Below are positions 21,293-30,214 of a DNA stretch of 64,000 bases, piece by piece. Under the pieces are notes generated by a model that was given only the letters and a program-made list of their open reading frames with translations, had not been told where the DNA came from and searched no databases. The stretch covers positions 75,458 to 139,457 of IMG/VR virus record IMGVR_UViG_3300029288_004944; one strand, 5' to 3'. Origin of the DNA: a virus. Its lineage: Duplodnaviria; Caudoviricetes. Made by a program: the position numbers and the translations under genes. How positions within the stretch are numbered: the first letter of the stretch is position 1; each line of letters begins with the position of its first letter.

Positions 21293-21313
21293 TTACTCCT
21301 TTATATTACTATA

Positions 21314-21718
21314 TTACTCTTCCGGAACTTCAAAATCGTTAGAGTGATCACAATTCTCATCTACACTTTGTTTTGTATTAGAATTATCAGCAGAACTTGC
21401 AGATCCTTCGCTCTTCTTAGATGATAATATTTGAATAGAACTGGCTTCCAACTGAGATTGTCGTTTATACATTCCTTTATTATTTTTATATGAATCACAA
21501 CGATACCTTCCTCCAACCATTACAAGCATACCTTTCTTTAGAATCTTTGACAATGCATCTGCTCGTGCATAAGAAACAACATCGACAAACATGTTGACAT
21601 CTTTACCTGCAAAATAATCCGAAACCCCAAGAGAAAACTTTACCACAGGCGTCTGCTTTGCCGTAAACTGCAATTCAGCGTCTGCCACCAAATACCCACA
21701 TATTGCTCCAAAAAACAT
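21314..21718 (-). CDS. ssb: single-stranded DNA-binding protein
   Basis: G.LVADAEL, FSLGV, L.KG.LV.V.GR, acidic tail. Confidence 0.88.
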   Translation of the reverse strand: MFFGAICGYLVADAELQFTAKQTPVVKFSLGVSDYFAGKDVNMFVDVVSYARADALSKILKKGMLVMVGGRYRCDSYKNNKGMYKRQSQLEASSIQILSSKKSEGSASSADNSNTKQSVDENCDHSNDFEVPEE

Positions 21719-21746
21719 TATTCCTCCCTTAATCTTTTATTTTTTA

Positions 21747-22442
21747 CTATCCTTTTATAATCTGTACCAATAATTTATTGATTACATCCAAATCAACTTC
21801 TTTTTGCAACTTTGTATTATTATAAGCATCATTTAATTCTCTATTTAATTCGTTATATCTCTTAACAATATCTTCATATTCAACTTCATAGTTCTTAATT
21901 TTAAGCAAATAGTCAGCATTTTTTCTTGGAAGCACAATTTCCCCATCTCTTAGATATTCAATACCCTCTTCCATTAATCTAACCATATTAAGAGCATTTT
22001 TGCTTAACCAACCATATTTTTCAATTAATTCTTTTCTTTTTGCTCCTGTCTTTTTATTAACCGTACTAATCGCCAAAAACTCTCCTTGGGCATACCCCCT
22101 AAAACACCTATAAATCTGCTCAGCCCCTAAAAATAATGCACGATTATTCCTAATAATTTTACCACGATAATCCATACGTAAAATACAAGGATCTGAAATA
22201 TAAAGTATTTCAAGAATATTTGGATTACATTCTGACGCTAATTTAAAAAAATCCTTTATAGGGTAATATACAGCATCTTCAACACTATCTCTTAATTCTT
22301 TTGGAGTAATAAGACATAAATGTTCTTCTAATGTCGGTAGCCACACTCCTCTTATATCTCTATCAGATGTAAGAGTAGCAGTTCCATACGAATGTGAGCC
22401 CGACAAAACTTCATATATTATATTTTTATTTCCTGTATCCAT
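21747..22442 (-). CDS. DNA-pol-beta superfamily nucleotidyltransferase (RlaP-like)
   Basis: GSHSYGT...SDRDIRGV, NPNILE. Confidence 0.88.
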   Translation of the reverse strand: MDTGNKNIIYEVLSGSHSYGTATLTSDRDIRGVWLPTLEEHLCLITPKELRDSVEDAVYYPIKDFFKLASECNPNILEILYISDPCILRMDYRGKIIRNNRALFLGAEQIYRCFRGYAQGEFLAISTVNKKTGAKRKELIEKYGWLSKNALNMVRLMEEGIEYLRDGEIVLPRKNADYLLKIKNYEVEYEDIVKRYNELNRELNDAYNNTKLQKEVDLDVINKLLVQIIKG

Positions 22443-22453
22443 TATTCCTTCCT

Positions 22454-22942
22454 TTATCTAACATTAGGCATAACAGCGCCCATTTGTTTTGAATCTTGCA
22501 AAACAGTCCAGTCATGACTCATTATTTCAGCCTCTTTATTTGAAATAAAATAAGTGGTATCATCTTTTGAACCTTTCAATATTTTACTCATTATAGTTTG
22601 CTCAACATCCGGTATTGGAATATAAATATGGGCAATATACCAATTAAAATTTTTGGAATAAGGATTATCATCTGCTATCCTATAAATAATACTTACATAA
22701 TAATAATCGAACAAGGGATCTTTCCCGTGTTTTGTAATCTGTGCCTTATATGATCCTTTTCGACAAAATAAAAATGTCCACACCTCCAAAAACATATCAA
22801 ATGTAAAAGAAGATCTAAAAGGAATACCACCATCCATTATTGTACTAAATGGCCATTGAATATAGGATGTAGTATATACCCTTGGCAAATCAGAAATATC
22901 GTCTTCTCCAAGTTTTTTAATTATCTCATCTTTCATATCCAT
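22454..22942 (-). CDS. hypothetical protein carrying the shared leader (MDMKDEIIKKLGED)
   Basis: 162-aa ORF; body unrelated to the MORN paralogues. Confidence 0.7.
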   Translation of the reverse strand: MDMKDEIIKKLGEDDISDLPRVYTTSYIQWPFSTIMDGGIPFRSSFTFDMFLEVWTFLFCRKGSYKAQITKHGKDPLFDYYYVSIIYRIADDNPYSKNFNWYIAHIYIPIPDVEQTIMSKILKGSKDDTTYFISNKEAEIMSHDWTVLQDSKQMGAVMPNVR

Positions 22943-22953
22943 AAAAAATCCTT

Positions 22954-23145
22954 TTATTTCTTCTTAAATTTCTTACATTTTTCTCTCATTTTCATTTCTT
23001 TAAATGCATCACTAACAGAACAGACCGCAGGACTTTTTGCTTTTTTTACATTACCAATCTTCCCCATTTGTTTTATAATCTTATCACATCCCCACCCAAG
23101 TTCAATATTACCATTTTTTCTTATGTGCACAAAAATTTTAGACAT
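22954..23145 (-). CDS. small basic hypothetical protein
   Basis: GGGGG RBS. Confidence 0.6.
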   Translation of the reverse strand: MSKIFVHIRKNGNIELGWGCDKIIKQMGKIGNVKKAKSPAVCSVSDAFKEMKMREKCKKFKKK

Positions 23146-23162
23146 ATATCCCCCTGTTTATA

Positions 23163-23259
23163 AAACGGTAAGACTCTTGGCAGTATAATTAGCGGAACGA
23201 AATACCATAATAGCATACTGCTGTATTATGATAACCCTAACAAAAGCCTTTAACCGCCT
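23163..23259 (-). ncRNA. candidate structured RNA (long rod with 7-bp pseudoknot)
   Basis: helices AGGCGGT/ACCGTTT, AAGGCTTTTG/CAAGAGTCTT, TATCATAATA/TATTATGGTA; loop GCAGTAT complementary to ATACTGC; G-U pairs only on minus strand. Confidence 0.6.
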
Positions 23260-23268
23260 ATTTTTCAA

Positions 23269-23469
23269 CTAACATATATGATCAGTTACAACCTCATCCA
23301 CCGGCTGTTCATAACTATAATCCCTATTGGCATCCATTTTAACAGCCGAACCCAATGCTCCCTGTATCTGTTCAACAATACCCTTACAAGACTTCCCAAG
23401 ATTCTGACCCTCAGGTAAAGATATATCCACTTTCCCCATTCTATCTATCCTTATTTTTACAATCGCCAT
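23269..23469 (-). CDS. DUF2997-like protein
   Basis: I.I...GKV......G..C......+..ALG pattern; next to DUF1257-like gene. Confidence 0.75.
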   Translation of the reverse strand: MAIVKIRIDRMGKVDISLPEGQNLGKSCKGIVEQIQGALGSAVKMDANRDYSYEQPVDEVVTDHIC

Positions 23470-23485
23470 ACTAACCTCCCCTTTT

Positions 23486-23818
23486 TTATCCTACTTCAAT
23501 CTCCATAAGAATGTCTTCATTGATATTGTCATCCCTTTGTATTACACCACTCATATTTTCCGCAATGCTGTAAACCATTCTATGAGCATATTCCCTTAAA
23601 AACTTATAAGCATCGGAACTTGTTCTGCCATAACACACATAAAGCCCTTGACTATTCTTTTTAAAACCAAAACTACCACAATTAATGTCCACCTCTTGCA
23701 CATCATTGTGCTCTCTAATAGTCCCACCCTCTTTAACCTCGTGGCCCATTTCTGTCAAGATGCTCTTCAAACAATCCAAATCCCTAATCTCCGTCTCTAC
23801 CTTTGCTACATAACTCAT
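23486..23818 (-). CDS. DUF1257 (Ycf35)-like protein
   Basis: MS....V.TEIRDL..LK..L..MG, FGF.K...G.Y. Confidence 0.78.
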   Translation of the reverse strand: MSYVAKVETEIRDLDCLKSILTEMGHEVKEGGTIREHNDVQEVDINCGSFGFKKNSQGLYVCYGRTSSDAYKFLREYAHRMVYSIAENMSGVIQRDDNINEDILMEIEVG

Positions 23819-23845
23819 AATACCTCCTTTTTATTTAAAAACTTT

Positions 23846-25381
23846 TTACACTACTTTTCTTTTTGCAAGCATTGCTCTTGTACCTTGGCCATCTTTATTA
23901 ATGTGTACCCAATCACGTAAAAATTCTATATCTTCTCTTGCTGTTTCATATATAGGAACAGTATCCCTAACAGCCTTAATCAAATGAGTATCATCCAATT
24001 CTTTCTTTTCATAAAAAGCCATAACCAATGCAGTCTTTACAACCTGCTCAATTTCGGCTCCTGTAAAATTATTTGTAGCCTGCATTAACTGTTCAAGATT
24101 ATATTTCTTGGGATCTCTTTTTCTTTTAATTAAATGAATTGCAAATATAGCCATACGCTCAATTTCATCAGGAAGATCTACAAAAAATATTCCATCCCAT
24201 CTACCGCTTCTTTTTAACTCAGGGGGCAATAATGAAATATTATTTGCAGTTGCAACTAAAATAACATCTGATTTTTTATCCTGCATCCAAGACAAGAATG
24301 TTCCGACAACTCTTGCAGACGTTCCACCATCAGAAAAATTACTTGACTGTACTCCGGATAAACCTTTTTCCATTTCATCTATAAAAAGCACACAAGGAGC
24401 AATTGCCTCAATTGTTGCCAACACATTACGAGTATTACTTTCTGAACTACCTACGGTTGAACTAAACAACTTTCCTATATCTAATCTTATCATAGGCAAA
24501 CCCCATATACTTGCCATTGCCTTACAAGCCAAACTCTTTCCAACACCGGGAATACCTACAAGCATCAACCCTTTAGGCTTGTCCAATCCAAATTTTTCAG
24601 CCTCAGATGTAAATATATTCTTTCTACTTTTAAGCCAAAATTTAAGATCATCCATTCCACCAACATTATCCATATTCTCAGGAATTCCCACATAGTCAAG
24701 AAAACCTGTCTTATAAATAATTTGTTTTTTAATATCCCTCAACATTTCAACGTTTACATTACCATATTTATTTAAACTCAAACCTGCAGAAGAAGAAACT
24801 TCTGTCTTAGTTAAGCCTTGGGATGCACTAATTACATCGTGCATTTCATCTTCCGATAAAACCTTGAATTTTTTCTTTATAGATACACACCCATCTTCTA
24901 TTTTACGATACATATCCTCCAATTCTTCTTTTGAAGGCAATGGCCACTCAATAAGCATAAAAGTTCTCTGCCAATCAGGTGGTAAAATATTACACGTATG
25001 CACAAACATAAAGATAATCTTGGTTTTTCGCCACATTTCCTGCATGGTAGACATTGCCATCAAATCAGGCTGAGGTCTTGCTGCCGAAGATCCACATAAT
25101 TGTGGAACATCACGAATTATCAATATTGTTTTCTCTTGCTGACCTATCTTTTTTTCAATTTCTTTTAACGCAGGAACAAATCCTTGTGTGGTAGGAGAAA
25201 CTTCTTTTGTTCCCCTTAAACGTAAACCTGTTCCCAATGACCATTCCCATACATTTTTTTTCTCTTTATCATTACCATACTTTGTGTCAAACTCATCCAT
25301 AAACAATTCCATATCAGGAGCCACGACATATATAAAAGGAACTGTCGTTTCAATCATGTGTTTCAAATCATCTTTTTCCAT
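23846..25381 (-). CDS. AAA+ ATPase, Ycf46-like (degenerate N-terminal AAA plus active AAA)
   Basis: VGGMDDLKFWL, PKGLMLVGIPGVGKS, LFIDEMEK, LPPELKRSGRWD, FTGAEIEQ. Confidence 0.9.
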   Translation of the reverse strand: MEKDDLKHMIETTVPFIYVVAPDMELFMDEFDTKYGNDKEKKNVWEWSLGTGLRLRGTKEVSPTTQGFVPALKEIEKKIGQQEKTILIIRDVPQLCGSSAARPQPDLMAMSTMQEMWRKTKIIFMFVHTCNILPPDWQRTFMLIEWPLPSKEELEDMYRKIEDGCVSIKKKFKVLSEDEMHDVISASQGLTKTEVSSSAGLSLNKYGNVNVEMLRDIKKQIIYKTGFLDYVGIPENMDNVGGMDDLKFWLKSRKNIFTSEAEKFGLDKPKGLMLVGIPGVGKSLACKAMASIWGLPMIRLDIGKLFSSTVGSSESNTRNVLATIEAIAPCVLFIDEMEKGLSGVQSSNFSDGGTSARVVGTFLSWMQDKKSDVILVATANNISLLPPELKRSGRWDGIFFVDLPDEIERMAIFAIHLIKRKRDPKKYNLEQLMQATNNFTGAEIEQVVKTALVMAFYEKKELDDTHLIKAVRDTVPIYETAREDIEFLRDWVHINKDGQGTRAMLAKRKVV

Positions 25382-25405
25382 ATCTCTCTCCCCCTATTTT
25401 TGTCT

Positions 25406-25726
25406 CTATATTTCCTTACCGGTTTTATAATTTAATACCACAAATTCTTTAAAATCTTTCTTTGAAAAAAGTTCTTTACCTGTTTTACCATATCTCTTTT
25501 TCTTAATCAATCTACCGTTTCTATACCATTTAAGAGTTTTAATATTTCCGTTCGGCCAATAATGCTCATATGCAGGCAAATCATTATCACGGTGAAAATC
25601 ACCTTTTTGATTACGCCAATGACGATAATAAAGGCTACCATTCTGCCAAAATTTCATTTCTGTTGGTTTGTCGTTATCGGCAATATCAGGCCCAAGACGT
25701 TTTATAATATCTTGCTTTATATCCAT
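25406..25726 (-). CDS. MORN-variant/YwqK-like repeat protein with shared leader, copy 1
   Basis: MDIKQDIIKRLGPDIADNDKP + HRDNDLPAYE...WYRNG. Confidence 0.8.
   Translation of the reverse strand: MDIKQDIIKRLGPDIADNDKPTEMKFWQNGSLYYRHWRNQKGDFHRDNDLPAYEHYWPNGNIKTLKWYRNGRLIKKKRYGKTGKELFSKKDFKEFVVLNYKTGKEI
25661..25726 (-). repeat. dispersed ~65-bp leader repeat (also 28289..28353, 47011..47075, 51331..51394, 56191..56256; partial ending at 55883)
   Basis: copy 1 vs 5: 65/66 identical; copy 2 vs 3: 62/65 identical. Confidence 0.92.
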
Positions 25727-25737
25727 GCATCCCCATC

Positions 25738-26601
25738 CTATCTTATTACTCTTTTTTTATGTTTCTTTCTATGACAATCTTCACACAGTGTTATTCCATT
25801 GTTAACATCCCACAATGGTTCATACATCATTGCTGCTGTATAGAGATCGAATAGAGATAGATTGCCTTTTATCTCTTTCATGAAACTTGAAAAAGATCTC
25901 TTATTGTGGTGTGCATTTAAATTACCACCACTATCATCCCCACACTCTTGACACGTGTATCCATCTTTCTTAAAAATATCTGTACGCCATTGATCATATT
26001 TTAAAGAATTTCTTATCAATTGTATAACGGGTGTTATACCACCCTTCCAATTACCATTTTTTTCACCTTTACTTAATTCTGAATGTTTTCGTATTGTTTC
26101 TTCTGATGGATGTTTACCCACATGAGATTCTGATTGTTTTATTCTTGTTTCTTCTGATGGATGTTTATGCCAATTACAATTCTTTTCACCCTTTTGCGAT
26201 TCTGATTTTTTCTTTTTCCATTCTTCTGTATGAGATTTACCATAATTATGATTTTTTTCACCACATTGAGATTTTGATATTTTTTGTCTTGTTTCTTCTG
26301 TGAGAGAATGTCCCATCAAAGATTCTGATTGTTTTCGTTTTGATTCCTCTGTGCGAATCTTACCCTTATGTGATTTTGAATTTTTTCTATTGTGTTCTTC
26401 TGATGGGTGTTTACCAATCTTATCATGTCCTTTTATATATTTACATTCATAACCCATCTTAGTATATTTTGAACGTAATTGATTGCAACCACAAGGGCAT
26501 AAAATTTGAATAGATAAACACTCATCACAAACTTCTTTTTTATTGGGCTTTAATGTACCATCATTGGATTTATGACAAGATTTAATTCTACAATGCATCA
26601 T
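25738..26601 (-). CDS. HNH homing endonuclease with NUMOD3 repeats
   Basis: repeated GKHPSEET..K.SES.KG; C..C...AHH...NGITLC..CH; start at ATG after AGGGAG. Confidence 0.88.
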   Translation of the reverse strand: MMHCRIKSCHKSNDGTLKPNKKEVCDECLSIQILCPCGCNQLRSKYTKMGYECKYIKGHDKIGKHPSEEHNRKNSKSHKGKIRTEESKRKQSESLMGHSLTEETRQKISKSQCGEKNHNYGKSHTEEWKKKKSESQKGEKNCNWHKHPSEETRIKQSESHVGKHPSEETIRKHSELSKGEKNGNWKGGITPVIQLIRNSLKYDQWRTDIFKKDGYTCQECGDDSGGNLNAHHNKRSFSSFMKEIKGNLSLFDLYTAAMMYEPLWDVNNGITLCEDCHRKKHKKRVIR

Positions 26602-26631
26602 ATAAACATTCTCCCTATTTCTTACACACAT

Positions 26632-26660
26632 ATTATAGCACATAATATGTCATTTGTCAA
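26632..26660 (-). promoter_or_regulatory. sigma70/sigmaA promoter
   Basis: TTGACA-17-TATAAT, extended -10 TG. Confidence 0.88.
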
Positions 26661-26663
26661 GTG

Positions 26664-27872
26664 CTATGCTGTTTTTTCTATTATTATTATCGGATTACAA
26701 GCCTCAATTACCATATCTTTTGTAATCTTAATAGATGACTGCTTATTTCCAATATCAAACATAGGAGCAAGCAATATCTTTTCCATAATACTACGCAAAC
26801 TCCTTGCTCCGGTCTCTCTTTTAATCGCTTCTGTTGCAATTGCATCAATAGAATCTTTTTCAAATGTTAAAACAATGCCTGCCATTTTAAATATTTCAAT
26901 ATATTGACTTACAAGGGAATTCTTAGGCTCAGTTAGAATCTTTACAAGATCTTCCCTGCTCAATGAATGCAAAGATAATGTAATGGGTAGCCTGCCCAAA
27001 AACTCAGGAATCATCCCAAACTCTTTAAAATCTTCATAGGACACTTTCTGATATAAATCATCTTTAGACAATTCTTTTTTAAACTCGGATGTAAATCCCA
27101 AAATACCATTTTTCTGCACGCGTTTCTTAATAATTTCTTCTATGCCCTCAAATGAACCACCACAAACAAACAAAATATTTTTTGTATCCATCATCATAGT
27201 TTCAACAGAATATGATTTTTTTACCCCCTCTTTTGGAATTTCAACAATTGAACCTTCAAGCATTTTTAATAAAGCCTGTTGAACTCCTTCACCCGATGGA
27301 TCCCTACCAAAATGCCTGCTTGGCCCGGAACTTGCTATCTTGTCCACTTCATCAATATATACAATACCCTGCTCAGCCAACTCCATATCTCCATTAGAGG
27401 CTGTATAAAGCCGTTTAAGAACATTCTCAACATCTTCACCCACATATCCCGATTGTGTTAAACTCGTGGCATCTGCAACAGCAAAAGGAACGTTTAAAAT
27501 ACGAGACAATGTTTTAAGAAGGAATGTTTTACCAACACCTGTTGGACCTAACATTAATATATTGGACTTTTCAATTTCAATGTTAGAATGAGAATTTATC
27601 CTTTTATAATGATTATAAGATGCAACCGATAATATCTTTTTGGCTTCATCTTGTCCTATAACATATTCTTGCAATTTATTGTAAATATCCTTCGGCAATA
27701 AATTCAATTCAACAAATCGTTTCTTTTTAACCTGATTTTTTTCCACAACAGTTTTAAAAAAAGTTCTTAGACAATCATAACAAATATGAATAACCCTACC
27801 ATCGTCTATCTCTTTTGATATAGTTTTACTCTCATCAACTATATCTCCGTGAAAATCACAATTAACCAACAT
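26664..27872 (-). CDS. clpX: ATP-dependent Clp protease ATP-binding subunit ClpX
   Basis: VIGQDEAKK, KSNILMLGPTGVGKT, GYVGEDVE, DEVDK, GEGVQQALLK, LGF loop, TGARSLR. Confidence 0.96.
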   Translation of the reverse strand: MLVNCDFHGDIVDESKTISKEIDDGRVIHICYDCLRTFFKTVVEKNQVKKKRFVELNLLPKDIYNKLQEYVIGQDEAKKILSVASYNHYKRINSHSNIEIEKSNILMLGPTGVGKTFLLKTLSRILNVPFAVADATSLTQSGYVGEDVENVLKRLYTASNGDMELAEQGIVYIDEVDKIASSGPSRHFGRDPSGEGVQQALLKMLEGSIVEIPKEGVKKSYSVETMMMDTKNILFVCGGSFEGIEEIIKKRVQKNGILGFTSEFKKELSKDDLYQKVSYEDFKEFGMIPEFLGRLPITLSLHSLSREDLVKILTEPKNSLVSQYIEIFKMAGIVLTFEKDSIDAIATEAIKRETGARSLRSIMEKILLAPMFDIGNKQSSIKITKDMVIEACNPIIIIEKTA

Positions 27873-27900
27873 TATTTCCTCCCCCTATTTTAATTAAGTT

Positions 27901-28001
27901 ATGGCTCTACTGAGAACACGCCAGACCGTCGGAATAGCGGAATTGCGTTTCAATGCTCGCAAATTGGATTTATACCGATATTCATCGCCCAATAGAGCCA
28001 T
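27901..28001 (-). ncRNA. candidate structured RNA between promoter and clpX
   Basis: 14-bp closing stem ATGGCTCTATTGGG/CTCAGTAGAGCCAT with 2 G-U pairs, plus internal helices; starts about 15 nt after a -10 box. Confidence 0.62.
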
Positions 28002-28016
28002 TACCCATTTGTATAT

Positions 28017-28045
28017 ATTATATCACACTTTTAAACAAAAGTCAA
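28017..28045 (-). promoter_or_regulatory. sigma70/sigmaA promoter
   Basis: TTGACT-17-TATAAT, extended -10 TG. Confidence 0.87.
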
Positions 28046-28053
28046 GAAAAATC

Positions 28054-28353
28054 TTAAACATAATCCATTAATAAATCTTCATCATCTATATATTCAATTA
28101 ATCTTCCATCCGTTCTATATTCTTCTCTTTTAACAAGTACACCATTCTTATACCATTGACGAGATAGAATGATGCCTGATTCATAAAACTCTTCATAGGC
28201 AGGGAGATCTTTATCTCTATGATAGTTTCCACATTTATCGTACCATTTAAAATAACGAATCTTACCATTAGGCCAATATACAACTTGTGATGGTTTATCA
28301 TTGTCAATAATATCAGGCCCAAGACGTTTTATGATATCTTGTTTTATATCCAT
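28054..28353 (-). CDS. MORN-variant repeat protein with shared leader, copy 2
   Basis: MDIKQDIIKRLGPDIIDNDKP + YWPNG...HRDKDLPAYE. Confidence 0.8.
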   Translation of the reverse strand: MDIKQDIIKRLGPDIIDNDKPSQVVYWPNGKIRYFKWYDKCGNYHRDKDLPAYEEFYESGIILSRQWYKNGVLVKREEYRTDGRLIEYIDDEDLLMDYV

Positions 28354-28359
28354 ATTTCA

Positions 28360-29343
28360 CTATCTCTCCATAAAATAATCAACCATATCTTTTACACTCT
28401 GTTGATCAGATATTTTTGGCTCCCAACCAATTAATGAATTTATCTTTTCATAACTTCCCAACAAAATAGGTACATCGCTCGGTCTCATCCTGCTTTGATC
28501 TATAACACACTGAATACCTGTAATACCACGATTAAAAAATTCATTTACTAACATATCAAGCCACTCTCTCATTGTTTTTGTCTTACCCGATGCAATATTT
28601 ATTACATTACCAATTATATTAATATCATCTTTACACAATCTTTCACTTAACCACCAATATGCTCTGACAATATCCCTAACATCGGTTAAATCTCTTTTAG
28701 CATCAAGATTACCTATATTAATAGATAATTTTTCTCCACGTTTCAAGAGATCGCACAATTGTTTTGTCCAATTTGAAATAGCAGCCTCAGTACCCTGCCT
28801 TGGCCCAAAATGATTGAATGCCCTTGAAACAACAGCCTTGATCCCATAGCTATGGACATATTGCAACACCAACGATTCTGCTGATATTTTAGAAACAGCA
28901 TAAGGAGACAAAGGTCTTAATGGATTTGTTTCTTTAATAGGAACTTCATTTTCTAACACTAAGCCATACTCTTCCGAACTACCGGCTACAAGCAATACAC
29001 TCTGCGGAGAATAAAGCCTTATAGCATCAAGCACGTTCAATGTTCCCAATACATTAACCTTAATAAAATCCTCAGGATACATAAAAGATTTGTCAACAGC
29101 AATCAATGCAGCCAAATGAAATATTCTGTCCGGTTGGATTTCTTTAATAGTTTTATGTACCTCATCTCTATTGCAAATATCAACTATTTTTAATTTTATC
29201 TCATCTTGAACATGCTTAATCCGAGAAAAATCATTTACATAGTCTATACCATAAATTTCGGCATCAGGATCTACATTATCTAAAATATAATCTACCAAAT
29301 GACTCCCTGCAAAACCACACACACCCGTAATCAATACTTTCAT
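28360..29343 (-). CDS. GDP-mannose 4,6-dehydratase / GDP-4-keto-6-deoxymannose reductase family
   Basis: TGVCGFAGSHL, FHLAA, SSEEYG, PLSPYAVSK, RAFNHFGPRQ, GNLDAKRD. Confidence 0.9.
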   Translation of the reverse strand: MKVLITGVCGFAGSHLVDYILDNVDPDAEIYGIDYVNDFSRIKHVQDEIKLKIVDICNRDEVHKTIKEIQPDRIFHLAALIAVDKSFMYPEDFIKVNVLGTLNVLDAIRLYSPQSVLLVAGSSEEYGLVLENEVPIKETNPLRPLSPYAVSKISAESLVLQYVHSYGIKAVVSRAFNHFGPRQGTEAAISNWTKQLCDLLKRGEKLSINIGNLDAKRDLTDVRDIVRAYWWLSERLCKDDINIIGNVINIASGKTKTMREWLDMLVNEFFNRGITGIQCVIDQSRMRPSDVPILLGSYEKINSLIGWEPKISDQQSVKDMVDYFMER

Positions 29344-29375
29344 TCCATCCTCCTATTTATATTTAACATTTATCT

Positions 29376-30167
29376 TTAATCACAATATTTTCTAACTTTG
29401 ATTACTGGTGGAGATTTATGTTTATGAGAATTGTCTCTATATCTAATACTTATAAACTTAACCATATCATTTATTGGCTGTTTACAAGTACCAGTCATAT
29501 GCTCCTTTATTGATTGTTCCATCTCATTATAACTATATCCCAATTCTTTCTCATCTGTTTGTCCTTCCCATAATCCGGCACTCGGAACCCTGTCTATCAT
29601 TTCCTCCGTAATAACATCCTTATCCCTAAAATAATCCAACAACTGATAAACTTCACTCTTAAACAATTCTCCTATCGGAAATATATCTGCAAGAGCATCC
29701 CCACCCTTTGTATCATATCCTATATAATCCTCTGATAAATTTCCTGTCCCAACAACTCTAACTCTTTTATTTAACTCAGCATTCAATTCCCAAGCAATAC
29801 CATAGAGCATACACATTCTTGATCTTGAACGAGCATTACCTTGATTAACTTTATTAATTTCTTTTTTATCAAAAATACTACTCAGTCCTTTAGTTATCTC
29901 ATCAGCAATATTACTAATATCTGCAGCAATTTCATGTATTCCCAATCTTTCACAAATATCGCGAGATTTTAAATTGAATGTTAGCCTATCATGTACATTA
30001 TATGGCATATGAACACCATATACATTATTTATTCCCAATGCTTCTGTGCATAATATAGCAACTAACGTTGAATCAGCTCCACCACTCATTCCTATCACAG
30101 CAACATCCATATTATTTCTAATATCCACATTCATCTTTACCATCAACTCTTCTATATCTTTAATCAT
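29376..30167 (-). CDS. nadE: NH3-dependent NAD+ synthetase
   Basis: GMSGGADS, GNARSRSRM, GTGNLSE, GYDTKGGD, PSAGLWEGQTDE. Confidence 0.95.
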   Translation of the reverse strand: MIKDIEELMVKMNVDIRNNMDVAVIGMSGGADSTLVAILCTEALGINNVYGVHMPYNVHDRLTFNLKSRDICERLGIHEIAADISNIADEITKGLSSIFDKKEINKVNQGNARSRSRMCMLYGIAWELNAELNKRVRVVGTGNLSEDYIGYDTKGGDALADIFPIGELFKSEVYQLLDYFRDKDVITEEMIDRVPSAGLWEGQTDEKELGYSYNEMEQSIKEHMTGTCKQPINDMVKFISIRYRDNSHKHKSPPVIKVRKYCD

Positions 30168-30185
30168 TTAAGTTCCCCCTATTTT

Positions 30186-30214
30186 ATATTAAACACACTT
30201 TTCAAATAATTCAA
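30186..30214 (-). promoter_or_regulatory. degenerate copy of the repeated promoter, upstream of nadE
   Basis: TTGAAT-17-TAATAT; spacer AAAAGTGTG matches the 28017 promoter. Confidence 0.45.

Noticed and set aside
27901-28001. Fluoride riboswitch or hammerhead ribozyme
   Set aside because: GGCGATG resembles the fluoride aptamer start, but the matching TCGCC and downstream AATGA are missing; there is no CTGANGA hammerhead core.
29354-29361. T4-like late promoter TATAAATA upstream of the GMD-like gene (also near 55517)
   Set aside because: Expected by chance at this AT content; no consistent pattern and no late sigma factor gene in the window.
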